This document shows, in pieces, positions 23,394-32,000 of a stretch of 32,000 nt of DNA (the stretch's first letter is position 1; every line of letters begins with the position of its first letter). The notes beneath the pieces are model-generated. The model searched no databases, was not told the DNA's origin, and saw nothing but the letters and a program-made list of their open reading frames with translations. Origin of the DNA: Candidatus Hadarchaeales archaeon. GTDB taxonomy: Archaea; Hadarchaeota; Hadarchaeia; Hadarchaeales; Hadarchaeaceae. The position numbers and the translations under genes are program-made. The stretch spans positions 180,001-212,000 of the forward strand of contig JAWBCC010000001.1 in NCBI GenBank assembly GCA_038823825.1, given 5' to 3'.

Positions 23394-26114
23394 CTAGATG
23401 GCGGAGATCTCTGAAACTGCCATTTCGAGAGCCTCATCCAGTTTTTCAATCTTAGTTCCACCTCCTTGGGCGAAATCTTTTCTTCCGCCCCCACCGCCGA
23501 TCACCGCCGAGATTTTGCTCATAATTTTTCCACAATCAACGCCTTTCTCAACAGCTCCTCTTCCAGCCATCATGACAATTTTGGCGGAACCCTCCGCCGC
23601 ACTCCCGAGCACGACTACCGCGTTCTCATTCTCCTTTACGATTTTTTCGCAGGTCTTAATCAGTTCCCCGACCCCCACGTCATCAACTCTCGCTTTGAAA
23701 ACGCTCAACTCTCCGATTCTAACACATCTTGACTTAAGCCAATCGGCAAGCATATTCCCAATCTTTTCCTCCATTCTCTGAATTTTCTTCCTCAGTTCCT
23801 TAACCTCTCCAAAGAGTTTTTCCACAGCTTCAGAAACATTTTCCTTGTGTGCGCCTAGCAACTCCGAGATTTTTGAGATTTCGTTTTCCCTTTCTCTGAT
23901 TATCTTGAGAGCGGCTTCTCCAGCAGCGAACTCCAATCTCTCGATCCCATCCTGAATACGTTCAACTCCAAGTATCTTTAGAAGACCAACTTCTCCTGTG
24001 CTCTCACAGTGTGTTCCGGCGCATGCTTGAACGTTCCATCCCTCGATTTCCACGACCCTAAGTTTTTTCCCGGGAACCACACCTCCTTGATAAAGCTCGA
24101 ATCCATATTTGCTCTCGGCATCATTTCTATTCATCCAGCTGGCGATAACTCTTCTGTTTTCAAAAATCACATCATTGCAGAGTTTTTCGATTTTCTCAAT
24201 CTCCTCCGGCGTGATCCGCCTGAAATGTGAGATGTCAAGCCTAGATCTGTCCGTACCCTTCTGCGCCCCCTGTTGCCAGACGTGCTCTCCAAGCACTCTC
24301 TTCAGGGCCCCGAGCAATATGTGCGTCGCTGTGTGATGGATCATCAGAGATTTTCTCCTCTGCCAATTGATCCTACCAATGACTGCTTCTCCGGCTCTGA
24401 AATTGGGGGGTTCAACTCTGTGTAGCACAATTTCTCCGACTTTTACGACTTCTTTCACCCTCGCCTCGGTTTTCTTTCCAATCAACTCTCCCATATCCGA
24501 CGGTTGTCCGCCTCCTTCGGGATAAAAAGCGGTTCTGTCGAGCACAACGTATTCTCCAATGACCTTCCTCACCCTAGCTCGAAACTCGGAAATCTTTGGA
24601 TGATCGTAGAAAATAAGCTTTGTCGGCTTCAGTCCTTTTAGCTCAGATTTATCGACTGGAGAAACGCTTGTAGGAACATGTCTAGCCTTAGAATGAGCCT
24701 TAGCAACCTTTATATAGAAATCCTCAGGTACCTCGACCTTTACACCAGCTTTCTCGGCGATCTCCTTGACATTCTCCGGCGGCAATCCATGACTATCGTA
24801 AAGCATTATCAACTGTTCTTCGGTCAAAACCCTCTCTTTCATCTCCACGAGCATTCTTTCGAGTAGTTTCACACCTTTCTCCAGAGATTCCATATACTTC
24901 TTTTCCTCAACCTCCACAACCTGCAAGATGTAATTTCTTTTTTCCCAAATTTCCGGGAACCATGGTGCCAACTCTGATATCATGATGTCCACGAGCTCCG
25001 AGAGGGGGGCAGTGATTCCCAATCCCCTAACCATTCTTATCGTCCTTCTGAGAACGAGTCTGGCCAAATATCCCTCCCTAACATTGCTCGGAGTTATTCC
25101 ATCGGCGAACATGAAACACAGGCATCTGAGATGATCAGCGACAGCGTAAATAGATTCAATTGGCTCAAGTATTCTCTGCAACTCCCCCTCATCGATCCCG
25201 ATTCGTTCTGCAACCTTTGCTCTGAGCGTGCGCAGATCTCTTCCGCTCTCTATGTCGATGATTCCGGCCATCTTCGAATTCTCTCGCAAAATGTGTTCAG
25301 GAGGCATCTTGACGCCAGCCATTTGTCTTATCCTTTCCACCAACTCGCCAAAAATGGCGTCATACCCAGTTGGAGTCCCCTGAGAAATCCAAACAAGCCT
25401 TTCCATTCCGTAACCTGTATCCACAACCTTTATCGGTAGCTTTCTATAATTTCCAGCTTCTCCAGCATACCTCATGAAAACAAGTGTGGCAACCTCTAAG
25501 CCTCTGACGTTAACCTCAAAGTCTTCTCCGGCGTTTCCACCACCCTCCCAGAAACTCTCTATATATGTGATTTCCTCCGGTTTGATTCGCAGACTCCTCG
25601 TTAGGAATTCGTGGCAGAATTCTACAGTTTCATGGTTCCAGTAAATCTCTTTCTTGGGATAGTTGAATGCGTGATGTCCACCCATAAAAAAGAGCGTGAA
25701 ATGTCTTCCAGATCTGCCTACATTGTCTATATCCTTTAATCTTATGCTCGGCTGGCTTATCACGAGAGGATTCGCTGGTGGTGGTACAAGTCCGCTCGTC
25801 ACCCAAGGCTGGAACCCGGCTATTGAAGCGATAGTTAAAAAGATGTCGTCCCTCCATCTAGCGACAACGGGATACCTTTTTACAACTGAATGCCCGCGCT
25901 TCTCGAAGAATTTAAGAAAAACCTCCTCCATCTCGTGCAACGTGTAGCGCCTTTTTGTCGGTGGATCTCCGATAAACGAGTACTCCACGCAAGGCGTATC
26001 TCCGCAGGTCTCTCTGGCCGGATCAAGCGTCCAGAAGAACCTTCCACATCCGCTGCACTTTTTTCTCACGAAGCCCTCTTCTCTGAAAAGCCTGACATTG
26101 TAAATTTCCTGCAT
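23394..26114 (-). CDS. alaS: Alanyl-tRNA synthetase (archaeal type)
   Basis: 906 aa. The N-terminal zinc-ribbon-like segment FVRKKCSGCGRFFWTLDP..CGDTPC is typical of archaeal AlaRS. The editing-domain motifs HHTATHIL and CAGTHC are present, as is a C-terminal DHHA1-like GGGGGRKDFAQGGG. Confidence 0.9.
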   Translation of the reverse strand: MQEIYNVRLFREEGFVRKKCSGCGRFFWTLDPARETCGDTPCVEYSFIGDPPTKRRYTLHEMEEVFLKFFEKRGHSVVKRYPVVARWRDDIFLTIASIAGFQPWVTSGLVPPPANPLVISQPSIRLKDIDNVGRSGRHFTLFFMGGHHAFNYPKKEIYWNHETVEFCHEFLTRSLRIKPEEITYIESFWEGGGNAGEDFEVNVRGLEVATLVFMRYAGEAGNYRKLPIKVVDTGYGMERLVWISQGTPTGYDAIFGELVERIRQMAGVKMPPEHILRENSKMAGIIDIESGRDLRTLRAKVAERIGIDEGELQRILEPIESIYAVADHLRCLCFMFADGITPSNVREGYLARLVLRRTIRMVRGLGITAPLSELVDIMISELAPWFPEIWEKRNYILQVVEVEEKKYMESLEKGVKLLERMLVEMKERVLTEEQLIMLYDSHGLPPENVKEIAEKAGVKVEVPEDFYIKVAKAHSKARHVPTSVSPVDKSELKGLKPTKLIFYDHPKISEFRARVRKVIGEYVVLDRTAFYPEGGGQPSDMGELIGKKTEARVKEVVKVGEIVLHRVEPPNFRAGEAVIGRINWQRRKSLMIHHTATHILLGALKRVLGEHVWQQGAQKGTDRSRLDISHFRRITPEEIEKIEKLCNDVIFENRRVIASWMNRNDAESKYGFELYQGGVVPGKKLRVVEIEGWNVQACAGTHCESTGEVGLLKILGVERIQDGIERLEFAAGEAALKIIRERENEISKISELLGAHKENVSEAVEKLFGEVKELRKKIQRMEEKIGNMLADWLKSRCVRIGELSVFKARVDDVGVGELIKTCEKIVKENENAVVVLGSAAEGSAKIVMMAGRGAVEKGVDCGKIMSKISAVIGGGGGRKDFAQGGGTKIEKLDEALEMAVSEISAI

Positions 26115-26180
26115 ACTTTAGCCCATACTAACTAATCGTGGGAATTAAAACGCTTGATTTTTCGGGCGTCATGGAATTTT
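26115..26180 (-). promoter_or_regulatory. Putative alaS promoter (TATA-like TTTTAATT), probably giving a leaderless mRNA; also the region downstream of the ribosomal-protein operon
   Basis: The reverse strand of 26143-26150 reads TTTTAATT, about 29 nt upstream of the alaS ATG (26112-26114). No GGAGG-like sequence lies between them. This is pattern-based only. Confidence 0.35.
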
Positions 26181-26486
26181 TCATCCAAAGAGCGCCCCAA
26201 GTCCTGCTAGAGCTTCTTCCTCTTTTTTCTCCTCTTTCTTTTCTTCTACTTTCTTCTCCTCAGCCTTTGAAGGCGCGGCTGGTGCGGCCGGAGCCGCAGG
26301 AACAGCCGGAATGGTCGCGCTCTTTATGGCCTCATCTATGTTTACGTTTTTGAGCGCGGAAACGAGCGCTCTAACCCGCGCCTCGTCAACCTCAACCCCG
26401 GCAGCTTTCAGTATGTTGATCACTCCCTGCTCGTCTACCTGCTTGCCAGCCGCATGCAGCACCAGCGCAGCATGTATATATTCCAT
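26181..26486 (-). CDS. rpl12: Ribosomal stalk protein P1 (L12Ae)
   Basis: [15 protein letters not shown]...AAPAAPAAP...[17 protein letters not shown], with the conserved acidic stalk tail. Start at ATG 26486 is preceded by GGAGGTGA. The track's 6-aa extension was discarded. Confidence 0.9.
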   Translation of the reverse strand: MEYIHAALVLHAAGKQVDEQGVINILKAAGVEVDEARVRALVSALKNVNIDEAIKSATIPAVPAAPAAPAAPSKAEEKKVEEKKEEKKEEEALAGLGALFG

Positions 26487-26500
26487 TCCGCTCACCTCCA

Positions 26501-27517
26501 TCACCCGAACAGTGCGCTCAGTCCCGATAGTTCTTCCTCTTTCTCCTCTTTAGGTTTTTCTTCAACTTCTTCCTTTTTAGGTTTTTCCTCGACGGGTTTC
26601 ATCTGTTCAACTGAACCGATCAGCTTTCTCAAATCCTCGTCAATAGCTGCTGGTTCGGTTTCTCCTACTCGCCTCGCAACAGCAAGCATCTCCGCATGTG
26701 CAATGTAAAGCAGTTTTGGAAGAACTTCGTCTGCCGGGAATCTGCACGCTACAGCAAGCCCAATCGCTTTCGCATGCGCTTCAGCGATCATTATTCCTAT
26801 GGTTGTTGCGGTCGGATATCCGGAGTTCAGTGAAAGACATACGCCAGCCGCAACGGCATCCTTGACCATTTTTGATACTTTTTCTTCATCAATTTCTAGA
26901 ATTTCGGGCGTGTAGATCAATCCGTCCTCAAAAGCTACTCTAATTTTTAATCCGAGCTCTACGGGCAATATTCCAAACTTCGCCAAGGCATCCGAAATTT
27001 CTTTTGTGATAACATCTCCAGCTTTCAGAAGCTTGCAGTCCTCTGTGATGACAACTCTTCCAGCCTGAATTCTCGCCTTTATCCCGACTCTCTGTAGCTC
27101 CCCCACGACTGGTCCTGGTGGTAGATCGGTTTCCCCAGCCGGGATTATTATATCGGTTGCGGCAATGCTTCCAGGTTTGGCTGGGGCTTTCCGAATGTTT
27201 CTGCGTAAGATAGCGTTTATCTCAAAAGGATTTTGATCGCTCAAAATCAAACAAGTCTGTCCCCTGACGTGATCGCGCAATTTTCTTATTTCTGGTTTGA
27301 CTTCCGATGCCCTGTCCAGAGCGAGCTTGACGAGCGTATTTTTCGCGACTATCAGTTTAGCCTTACCCCGGAAAATCTGCCTTATTTGTTGGAAAAGCTC
27401 AGAGGGAAGGTTCGAGATATCAGCGATCCCTATTACTCTATGACTTATCATAAGGCGCGCCAGATCTTCCACAAGGTCTTTCTTCCACTGCGGAATTCTT
27501 TTTGAAGCGGAAATCAC
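26501..27517 (-). CDS. rplP0: Ribosomal stalk protein P0 (uL10)
   Basis: 338 aa. [15 protein letters not shown] at the N-terminus and the stalk tail [15 protein letters not shown] at the C-terminus. 4-nt overlap with the L1 stop. Confidence 0.9.
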   Translation of the reverse strand: MISASKRIPQWKKDLVEDLARLMISHRVIGIADISNLPSELFQQIRQIFRGKAKLIVAKNTLVKLALDRASEVKPEIRKLRDHVRGQTCLILSDQNPFEINAILRRNIRKAPAKPGSIAATDIIIPAGETDLPPGPVVGELQRVGIKARIQAGRVVITEDCKLLKAGDVITKEISDALAKFGILPVELGLKIRVAFEDGLIYTPEILEIDEEKVSKMVKDAVAAGVCLSLNSGYPTATTIGIMIAEAHAKAIGLAVACRFPADEVLPKLLYIAHAEMLAVARRVGETEPAAIDEDLRKLIGSVEQMKPVEEKPKKEEVEEKPKEEKEEELSGLSALFG

Positions 27518-28167
27518 TTTACCACCACCTTAACGGGTTTGCCCATCGTTGTTTTAAGATAAATCGCCTTCAGCCTTCCTCCGGCGTCTGAAACTTTCTT
27601 CTCTATTTCCTCTATCACCGCCATCACGTTATCAGCTATCTTCTCATCATCCATGCTCTCATCGCCGACTTTTGTATGGAAGCATAATTGACCTTTATTC
27701 ATTACTCTGATCGTCTTTCGAAGTCTCTCTATCAGCGGCGCGGGGTCGGCCGTGGAAGGGATAGGTCTCGGCATCTTCCCTCTCGGTCCAAGAACCGGTC
27801 CGAGGATCTTGCCTACAAGAACCATGAGGTCGGCCTGAGCAACCGTCATGTCATATTCCTCAACAAGTTTCTTTATTTCCTTCTTCTTACCCTCTAGTCT
27901 TTGAATTTCTTCTTTTCCGACAACCCTGTCCGCACCAGCTTCCCTGGCTCTTCTAGCTAGTTCTCCATCGGCGAAGAAGAGGATTTTCTGTGGTTTTCCA
28001 GGAACATGAGGCAGAGTTACATCTGCTGTTATTCTGCTTTCGGGTTTTTTCGGATTTAGACCTTCGACCGCTATGGAAATATCAAAACTTTGTTTGAACT
28101 TTCTTTCTCCCTTATTCTGCTTCGCCTTTGCTATGGCTTCGAGAATCTCCTTTCTATTGATTGTCAT
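27514..28167 (-). CDS. rpl1: Ribosomal protein uL1
   Basis: 217 aa. [22 protein letters not shown]...LPH...[22 protein letters not shown] is the typical L1 pattern. ATGA overlap with the L11 stop. Confidence 0.9.
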   Translation of the reverse strand: MTINRKEILEAIAKAKQNKGERKFKQSFDISIAVEGLNPKKPESRITADVTLPHVPGKPQKILFFADGELARRAREAGADRVVGKEEIQRLEGKKKEIKKLVEEYDMTVAQADLMVLVGKILGPVLGPRGKMPRPIPSTADPAPLIERLRKTIRVMNKGQLCFHTKVGDESMDDEKIADNVMAVIEEIEKKVSDAGGRLKAIYLKTTMGKPVKVVVK

Positions 28168-28643
28168 TCTTTAAGCACCTCATCATACTTTCCTTCATCG
28201 ATTTCTTTCTGGACAATACGCGGATCCTTCCCCTCGACTGTTACACCCATGCTCACGCAGGTTCCAAGAACCTCTTTCACAGCAGCCTTGAGGGTCTTCG
28301 CCAAACTACTTCCACGCTTCATCTTTGCAATTTTGATAGCCTGCTCCATTGTGAGGTTCCCAAAAATCTCTTTTTGTGGTGCACTCGCTCCTTTCTCCAA
28401 GCCCAGCTCTTTCTTGATCAGAGCAGAAACTGGCGGAAGTCCAACTTTTATCTCATAACTCTTCGTTTTAGGATCAATGATCAACGTAACCGGGACTTTC
28501 ATCCCTTCGAACTCTTGGGTTTTTTGGTTGATTTCCGCCACAATCTTTGCCACATTCAGCCCGAAGGGACCAAGGGCTGGGCCAATTGGGGGGCCCGGAG
28601 TTGCCTTGCCTCCTTCAATCAGCAACTTTATTTCTGGGGACAT
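28164..28643 (-). CDS. rpl11: Ribosomal protein uL11
   Basis: 159 aa. [21 protein letters not shown] is the L11 N-terminal signature. AGGAGAT lies 4 nt upstream of the ATG. Confidence 0.9.
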   Translation of the reverse strand: MSPEIKLLIEGGKATPGPPIGPALGPFGLNVAKIVAEINQKTQEFEGMKVPVTLIIDPKTKSYEIKVGLPPVSALIKKELGLEKGASAPQKEIFGNLTMEQAIKIAKMKRGSSLAKTLKAAVKEVLGTCVSMGVTVEGKDPRIVQKEIDEGKYDEVLKE

Positions 28644-28702
28644 GGTTATCTCCTAACCTTTTCAAAAATAGCACCCACTGTTTAAAAAGATGCCCAGAGG
28701 AT
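28644..28702 (-). promoter_or_regulatory. Putative promoter/5' leader of the L11-L1-P0-P1 operon
   Basis: The reverse strand carries TATA-like TCTTTTTAAA (28681-28690) and TATTTTTGAAA (28660-28670), plus the SD AGGAGAT (28648-28654) ahead of ATG 28643. Pattern-based only. Confidence 0.35.
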
Positions 28703-29164
28703 TTATTTCTTCTCTATGACTTTAATCATATCTACTTTGACCGTGACTGGAATCGGAAAGGTTGCCTCGATGAGTTCGATCGTAACCTCTTCTTTTGCTT
28801 CGTCTACTCTGATGACTTTCGCCCTATTTCCTTTTAACGGTCCAGTAGTTAATTCTACAAGGTCCCCGGCGCTCACTTTGATGGGTGGCGGACCCGGTGA
28901 GATGAAGGGTTCGATTTCTCTTAATGCAACCTCCTTCCTCACCACACTCTTTGCATGCTTTATTCCAGAACGGAGTTTCTCCACGACGGTGTGGTCACCC
29001 TCCACCTCGACAAAGACATAGCCCCTAAGTCCGTGTGGAACAACAACAGAGATAAACTCCTTGATGCCTTTACTCCTTGCTCTGGCGTAAATCATATCCG
29101 CCGTAGCTCTTTCTTGGCCAATCGTTGTCTTCACCGCATAGATCCTGACTCTCGGAACTTCCAT
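28703..29164 (-). CDS. spt5: Transcription elongation factor Spt5 (archaeal NusG)
   Basis: 153 aa. The NGN domain begins IYAVKTTIGQERATADMI and ends GYVFVEVEG. The KOW motif reads GDLVELTTGPLKGNRAKVIRVD. It sits in the conserved secE-spt5-L11 position. Confidence 0.9.
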   Translation of the reverse strand: MEVPRVRIYAVKTTIGQERATADMIYARARSKGIKEFISVVVPHGLRGYVFVEVEGDHTVVEKLRSGIKHAKSVVRKEVALREIEPFISPGPPPIKVSAGDLVELTTGPLKGNRAKVIRVDEAKEEVTIELIEATFPIPVTVKVDMIKVIEKK

Positions 29165-29167
29165 TCC

Positions 29168-29332
29168 TCAAGCCCCCGAAATAATAGAGGCGACATACAT
29201 AATTATAAATCCCATAGCTCCTATCAGCAAAAAACCTAGTCCGCTTATCTTTGTTATTCTACTGAATTCTTCTGAATCCGGTTTTCTGGCTATTTGCAAC
29301 AGTCGTTTGCAATTTTGGATGAACTCTCCCAT
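29168..29332 (-). CDS. secE: Preprotein translocase subunit SecE (Sec61 gamma), 54 aa
   Basis: Absent from the ORF track because it is under 60 aa. My translation of the reverse strand is MGEFIQNCKRLLQIARKPDSEEFSRITKISGLGFLLIGAMGFIIMYVASIISGA*. It has an amphipathic N-terminus and a single TM helix, and it fills the ftsZ-spt5 gap exactly (ATG 29330-29332, TGA 29168-29170). Confidence 0.85.
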   Translation of the reverse strand: MGEFIQNCKRLLQIARKPDSEEFSRITKISGLGFLLIGAMGFIIMYVASIISGA

Positions 29333-29334
29333 CC

Positions 29335-30447
29335 CTATATCTCCTTTAGTCCAAGATCGATTTCTATTTTTCTAGTTAGTTTCGGTTCAGCAGCATAGGG
29401 CGAATGCACTCCCGTGAGAACCACCATAACCTTGAGCGTTTTTTTCAAGTTTTCATCTATCTGCGCTCCCCATATCACTTGGCCTTCCGGATCAACAACT
29501 TCCGAAACCTTAGAGACAACTCTTTCCGCTTCCGCTACGCTGAGATCGGGTCCTCCGGAAACGTTTACGAGTGCTCCCTTTGCACCGGTCACATCGACGT
29601 CCAAGAGTGGGCTGTTAAGAGCTTCATTTGCGGCATCCTCCGCCCTGTTTGCTGTATCTGATTCTCCTATACCTATTGCCGCTATCCCGCTGTCTTTCAT
29701 CACGGCTCTGACATCGGCGAAATCTAAATTCACGAGACCAGGCTTTGTTATTAATTCTGTTATCCCTTTGATGCTGTTCATGAGGATCTTGTCGGCGAGC
29801 TCAAACGCTGAGATGAGGGAGATATTCGGCGCAAGCTGCAGAAGCTTATCATTCGGGATTATGATGATGCTGTCTGCCACCTGCTTGAGCTTCTCAAGTC
29901 CTCGCCTCGCATTTTTCATTCTCCTCGTGCCTTCCACCGTGAACGGAAGTGTGACGACACCGACTGTTAGAGCTCCTAGATTTTTAGCAATCTCCGCAAC
30001 GACTGGGATAGATCCTGTCCCCGTTCCTCCGCCCAGACCACATGTGACAAAGACTAGGTCTGCCCCATAGAGGTGATCCTTGATTACGTCTTCTTCTTCT
30101 CTGGCTGCAGCTTCCCCCTTGTCCGGATCGTTGCCCGCCCCGAGTCCCCGCGTAGTTTCCCTGCCGATTAAAATCTTTCTGTCCGCGACCGTGTAGAGCA
30201 AATCCTGTGCATCGGTGTTGATAGCAATCGTTTCGGCGCCCTCTATCCCAACCTTCGCTATTCTCGAAATAGTGTTGCATCCAGCGCCTCCGCAACCAAC
30301 CACGAAAATCTTTGCCCTCGCCTCTCTGAGTATTTCCTCGAGCTCCTCTTGTGTCACGCCCTTAGGGGGTGCCGGACCTCTCGTAGGCACAGGGGAAATT
30401 CCGGGTTTCCAAATTCCTTCGGGATTAGGAGTAACACTTTTGCTCAT
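29335..30447 (-). CDS. ftsZ: Cell division GTPase FtsZ
   Basis: [10 protein letters not shown], the tubulin signature [15 protein letters not shown], and NTDAQDL. 370 aa. Confidence 0.95.
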   Translation of the reverse strand: MSKSVTPNPEGIWKPGISPVPTRGPAPPKGVTQEELEEILREARAKIFVVGCGGAGCNTISRIAKVGIEGAETIAINTDAQDLLYTVADRKILIGRETTRGLGAGNDPDKGEAAAREEEDVIKDHLYGADLVFVTCGLGGGTGTGSIPVVAEIAKNLGALTVGVVTLPFTVEGTRRMKNARRGLEKLKQVADSIIIIPNDKLLQLAPNISLISAFELADKILMNSIKGITELITKPGLVNLDFADVRAVMKDSGIAAIGIGESDTANRAEDAANEALNSPLLDVDVTGAKGALVNVSGGPDLSVAEAERVVSKVSEVVDPEGQVIWGAQIDENLKKTLKVMVVLTGVHSPYAAEPKLTRKIEIDLGLKEI

Positions 30448-30480
30448 ATCATCCGCCTTTTGAACTAGACAAGTGTCAAT

Positions 30481-31266
30481 TTAAAGTTTTTTAACGAGGA
30501 GGGAACCGGCTTTTACGACTTCTATTCCAAAATTTTCGGAAATTTCCAGACATATCTCTCTCTGTTCTCTTGTCGCACCTTTCCAATCGAGCACGATCAT
30601 TCGACTAGAACTCTTTTCTAGAGCCAGTCTTATGAGTTCGACATTTGCTGGGGCATGTTTAGAAAGGATATGTCCGAATCCAATGTTCGACTCGAAAGAT
30701 ATTCTCGTATAAAGCGGAGAATAGTGCGGACCACCGACACCGATCGCAAATTTACATGGATGAGGGTCCAATGCGGAGAGGATCGCTCGGGCTACTGCTT
30801 CTCCAGCGTTTTCGTTAACCCACTCCTTTTCTTCGCTCCCGATCTCGACGAAAGTTATTGGAACGGCGAAGTCTCCTGGTTCATGGTGTGTGGCTTCTAG
30901 CGAAACTTGGTGAGGTAAATTTAAACGCGCCACCTGATTTCTAAGTTCAAGAAGAGCGGCACGAACGGTTGACGGAGATGCTGGTGGTAGTAGCGATTTT
31001 TCCGGGAGTCCTGGGACGTGCACGGTGAGCGAAGGCCTGCCCGACTGGCTTGCATGTCTGGATGCTACGATGACTTCATCAGTTCCGGAAGGAAGCGACA
31101 CGGACTGAGGGCTCGTTTCGATGAGGAGAGCCTTTTGTGATGTGTACACACCTTTTTCGATCTCGATGAAGTTTCCGAGTCTGAGAAGGTGTCTTTTGAT
31201 GTTCTGCGCGGCTGGGTCGCTTTTCGAAGCGAGAATGACTTTCTTTGGGATAGAGGAATCCTTCAT
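30481..31266 (-). CDS. dtdA: D-aminoacyl-tRNA deacylase, archaeal DTD2 type
   Basis: Collinear with remembered P. abyssi DTD2: SKSDPAAQNI, VASRHAS, SLEATHHEP..VP.TFVEIGSEEKEW, IGVGGPHYSP, FGHILSKH and LDWKG. Confidence 0.85.
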   Translation of the reverse strand: MKDSSIPKKVILASKSDPAAQNIKRHLLRLGNFIEIEKGVYTSQKALLIETSPQSVSLPSGTDEVIVASRHASQSGRPSLTVHVPGLPEKSLLPPASPSTVRAALLELRNQVARLNLPHQVSLEATHHEPGDFAVPITFVEIGSEEKEWVNENAGEAVARAILSALDPHPCKFAIGVGGPHYSPLYTRISFESNIGFGHILSKHAPANVELIRLALEKSSSRMIVLDWKGATREQREICLEISENFGIEVVKAGSLLVKKL

Positions 31267-31300
31267 CGTTTTACCATTCTTGTTTTATCCCTTGTTTCTG

Positions 31301-32000
31301 TTAAATTCTACGATTTTTTGTTCGACGTTTCACGATAAAAGCACCGATTGCGGAACCGATCGAAGTGAAAAAGATCACCGATGTGACGACTCCAAGATAG
31401 ATATTCGAGAGTTCGGCGAGAGTCGGATTTTGATCGGCGAAGGTTGTTAGCAACGTCGCCAATATGGCCGCCGCCAGTCCTCTCGCGAAAAGAATAGAAA
31501 TTACATCCCTTTCCTCTGCGAGTGGTGAACGGATCGTTGTCATTCTTACGGCTACGCTCCTCACTAGGTAAAGGAGGATTGAGAGACATCCGCCAGCCAA
31601 GAGGATTTTCAAGTCCCGGATGGAGAACATCAATCCTAGATAAAGGAAGAAGAACGTTCTGAGAATAAAGGTCACCTCTGTCTCGAATCTTCTGAAGCCC
31701 GCATCGACAAATTCTCCTCTTTTCACTCTGAATGCTCGGTAGACCCCTCTCTCGTTACCCAAGATGAGTCCGAAGAAAAGGGAGGAGAGAGCACCGCTGC
31801 CTCCAATCCACTCGGAGAAAGCGTAGACAATCAGGACGAGGGCAAAAAGGAGGACGTCGATATTTGGAGTTCCACGCAACCCGTAAAGAGAAGAAAGGCA
31901 GAGCAACCCGGCAAAGAGCCCGACAGCCATACCGATCAAAAATCTAGATCCGATATCTTTGGCAATCTCTGTAAATCCTACAGCCCCTGTGACTGCCTTG
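31301..32000 (-). CDS. Cation:proton antiporter (CPA1/NhaP-like), C-terminal part; the gene continues beyond the window end
   Basis: Highly hydrophobic multi-helix sequence (GGSGALSSLFFGLILGN, GLAAAILATLL). The reading frame stays open from 31939 to nt 32000, so the N-terminus lies outside the window. Confidence 0.65.
   Translation of the reverse strand, partial: KAVTGAVGFTEIAKDIGSRFLIGMAVGLFAGLLCLSSLYGLRGTPNIDVLLFALVLIVYAFSEWIGGSGALSSLFFGLILGNERGVYRAFRVKRGEFVDAGFRRFETEVTFILRTFFFLYLGLMFSIRDLKILLAGGCLSILLYLVRSVAVRMTTIRSPLAEERDVISILFARGLAAAILATLLTTFADQNPTLAELSNIYLGVVTSVIFFTSIGSAIGAFIVKRRTKNRRI

Noticed and set aside
20491-26114. Possible inteins or unusual insertions in LeuRS and AlaRS.
   Set aside because: Lengths of 955 and 906 aa are typical for archaeal enzymes. 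No Cys/Ser...HN-Cys splice-junction blocks or homing-endonuclease motifs were noticed.
27514-28167. A possible L1 autoregulatory mRNA site (23S rRNA mimic) near the 5' end of the L1 gene, as described for Methanococcus.
   Set aside because: I cannot recall the consensus precisely enough to identify it by eye, and L1 here is translationally coupled to L11 rather than heading its own transcript. No claim is made.
30481-31266. The DTD2 motif reads ATHHEP instead of the ATHHGP I remember.
   Set aside because: This is a single-residue difference judged against a recollected sequence from one species. It is insufficient to infer altered function.
1-32000. Search for CRISPR arrays, tRNA/rRNA genes, transposases, integrases, toxin-antitoxin pairs or known defence-system genes.
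   Set aside because: No regularly spaced repeats were seen, and no intergenic space over ~160 nt is left unexplained. No ORF has transposase, integrase or defence hallmarks. The only repeat found is the paralog duplication reported above.

Overview
This window reads as an archaeal chromosome segment. The evidence is the ftsZ-secE-spt5-L11-L1-P0-P1 gene order, archaeal-type LeuRS, AlaRS, DnaG, Hjc and DTD2, K/E/I-rich proteins, and many GGAGG-type ribosome-binding sites. All calls come from reading the ORF translations and the DNA by eye and comparing them with remembered family motifs; no database search was run. The left ~17 kb (1-16879) is a surface-glycan biosynthesis island. It holds a pseudaminic-acid-type nonulosonic-acid gene set: pseH, pseI, pseC, a CapD/PglF-type dehydratase, a second SDR and an SpsF-type cytidylyltransferase. 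Accessory enzymes sit among these: a formyltransferase-like protein, a PIG-L deacetylase, a class-III aminotransferase and a Gfo/Idh/MocA oxidoreductase. A battery of GT4/GT2 glycosyltransferases and a further SDR epimerase follows. The right ~15 kb is core housekeeping: metallophosphoesterase, Hjc-like nuclease, RimI, DnaG, a DUF434/NYN protein, LeuRS, AlaRS, P1-P0-L1-L11, Spt5, SecE (absent from the ORF track), FtsZ, DTD2 and a partial cation/H+ antiporter. I found no CRISPR array, tRNA or rRNA gene, transposase or integrase, and no recognisable defence or toxin-antitoxin system. The window therefore does not support a claim of a wholly new system. The observations most worth a second look are these: (1) a non-canonical, apparently PseG-less pseudaminic-acid route with extra tailoring enzymes; (2) a mosaic duplicated gene remnant with a near-identical ~126-nt direct repeat bracketing a low-GC glycosyltransferase cassette; (3) an Hjc-like nuclease that has Ser in place of the catalytic Glu and is translationally coupled to an SbcD/PdeM-like phosphoesterase.
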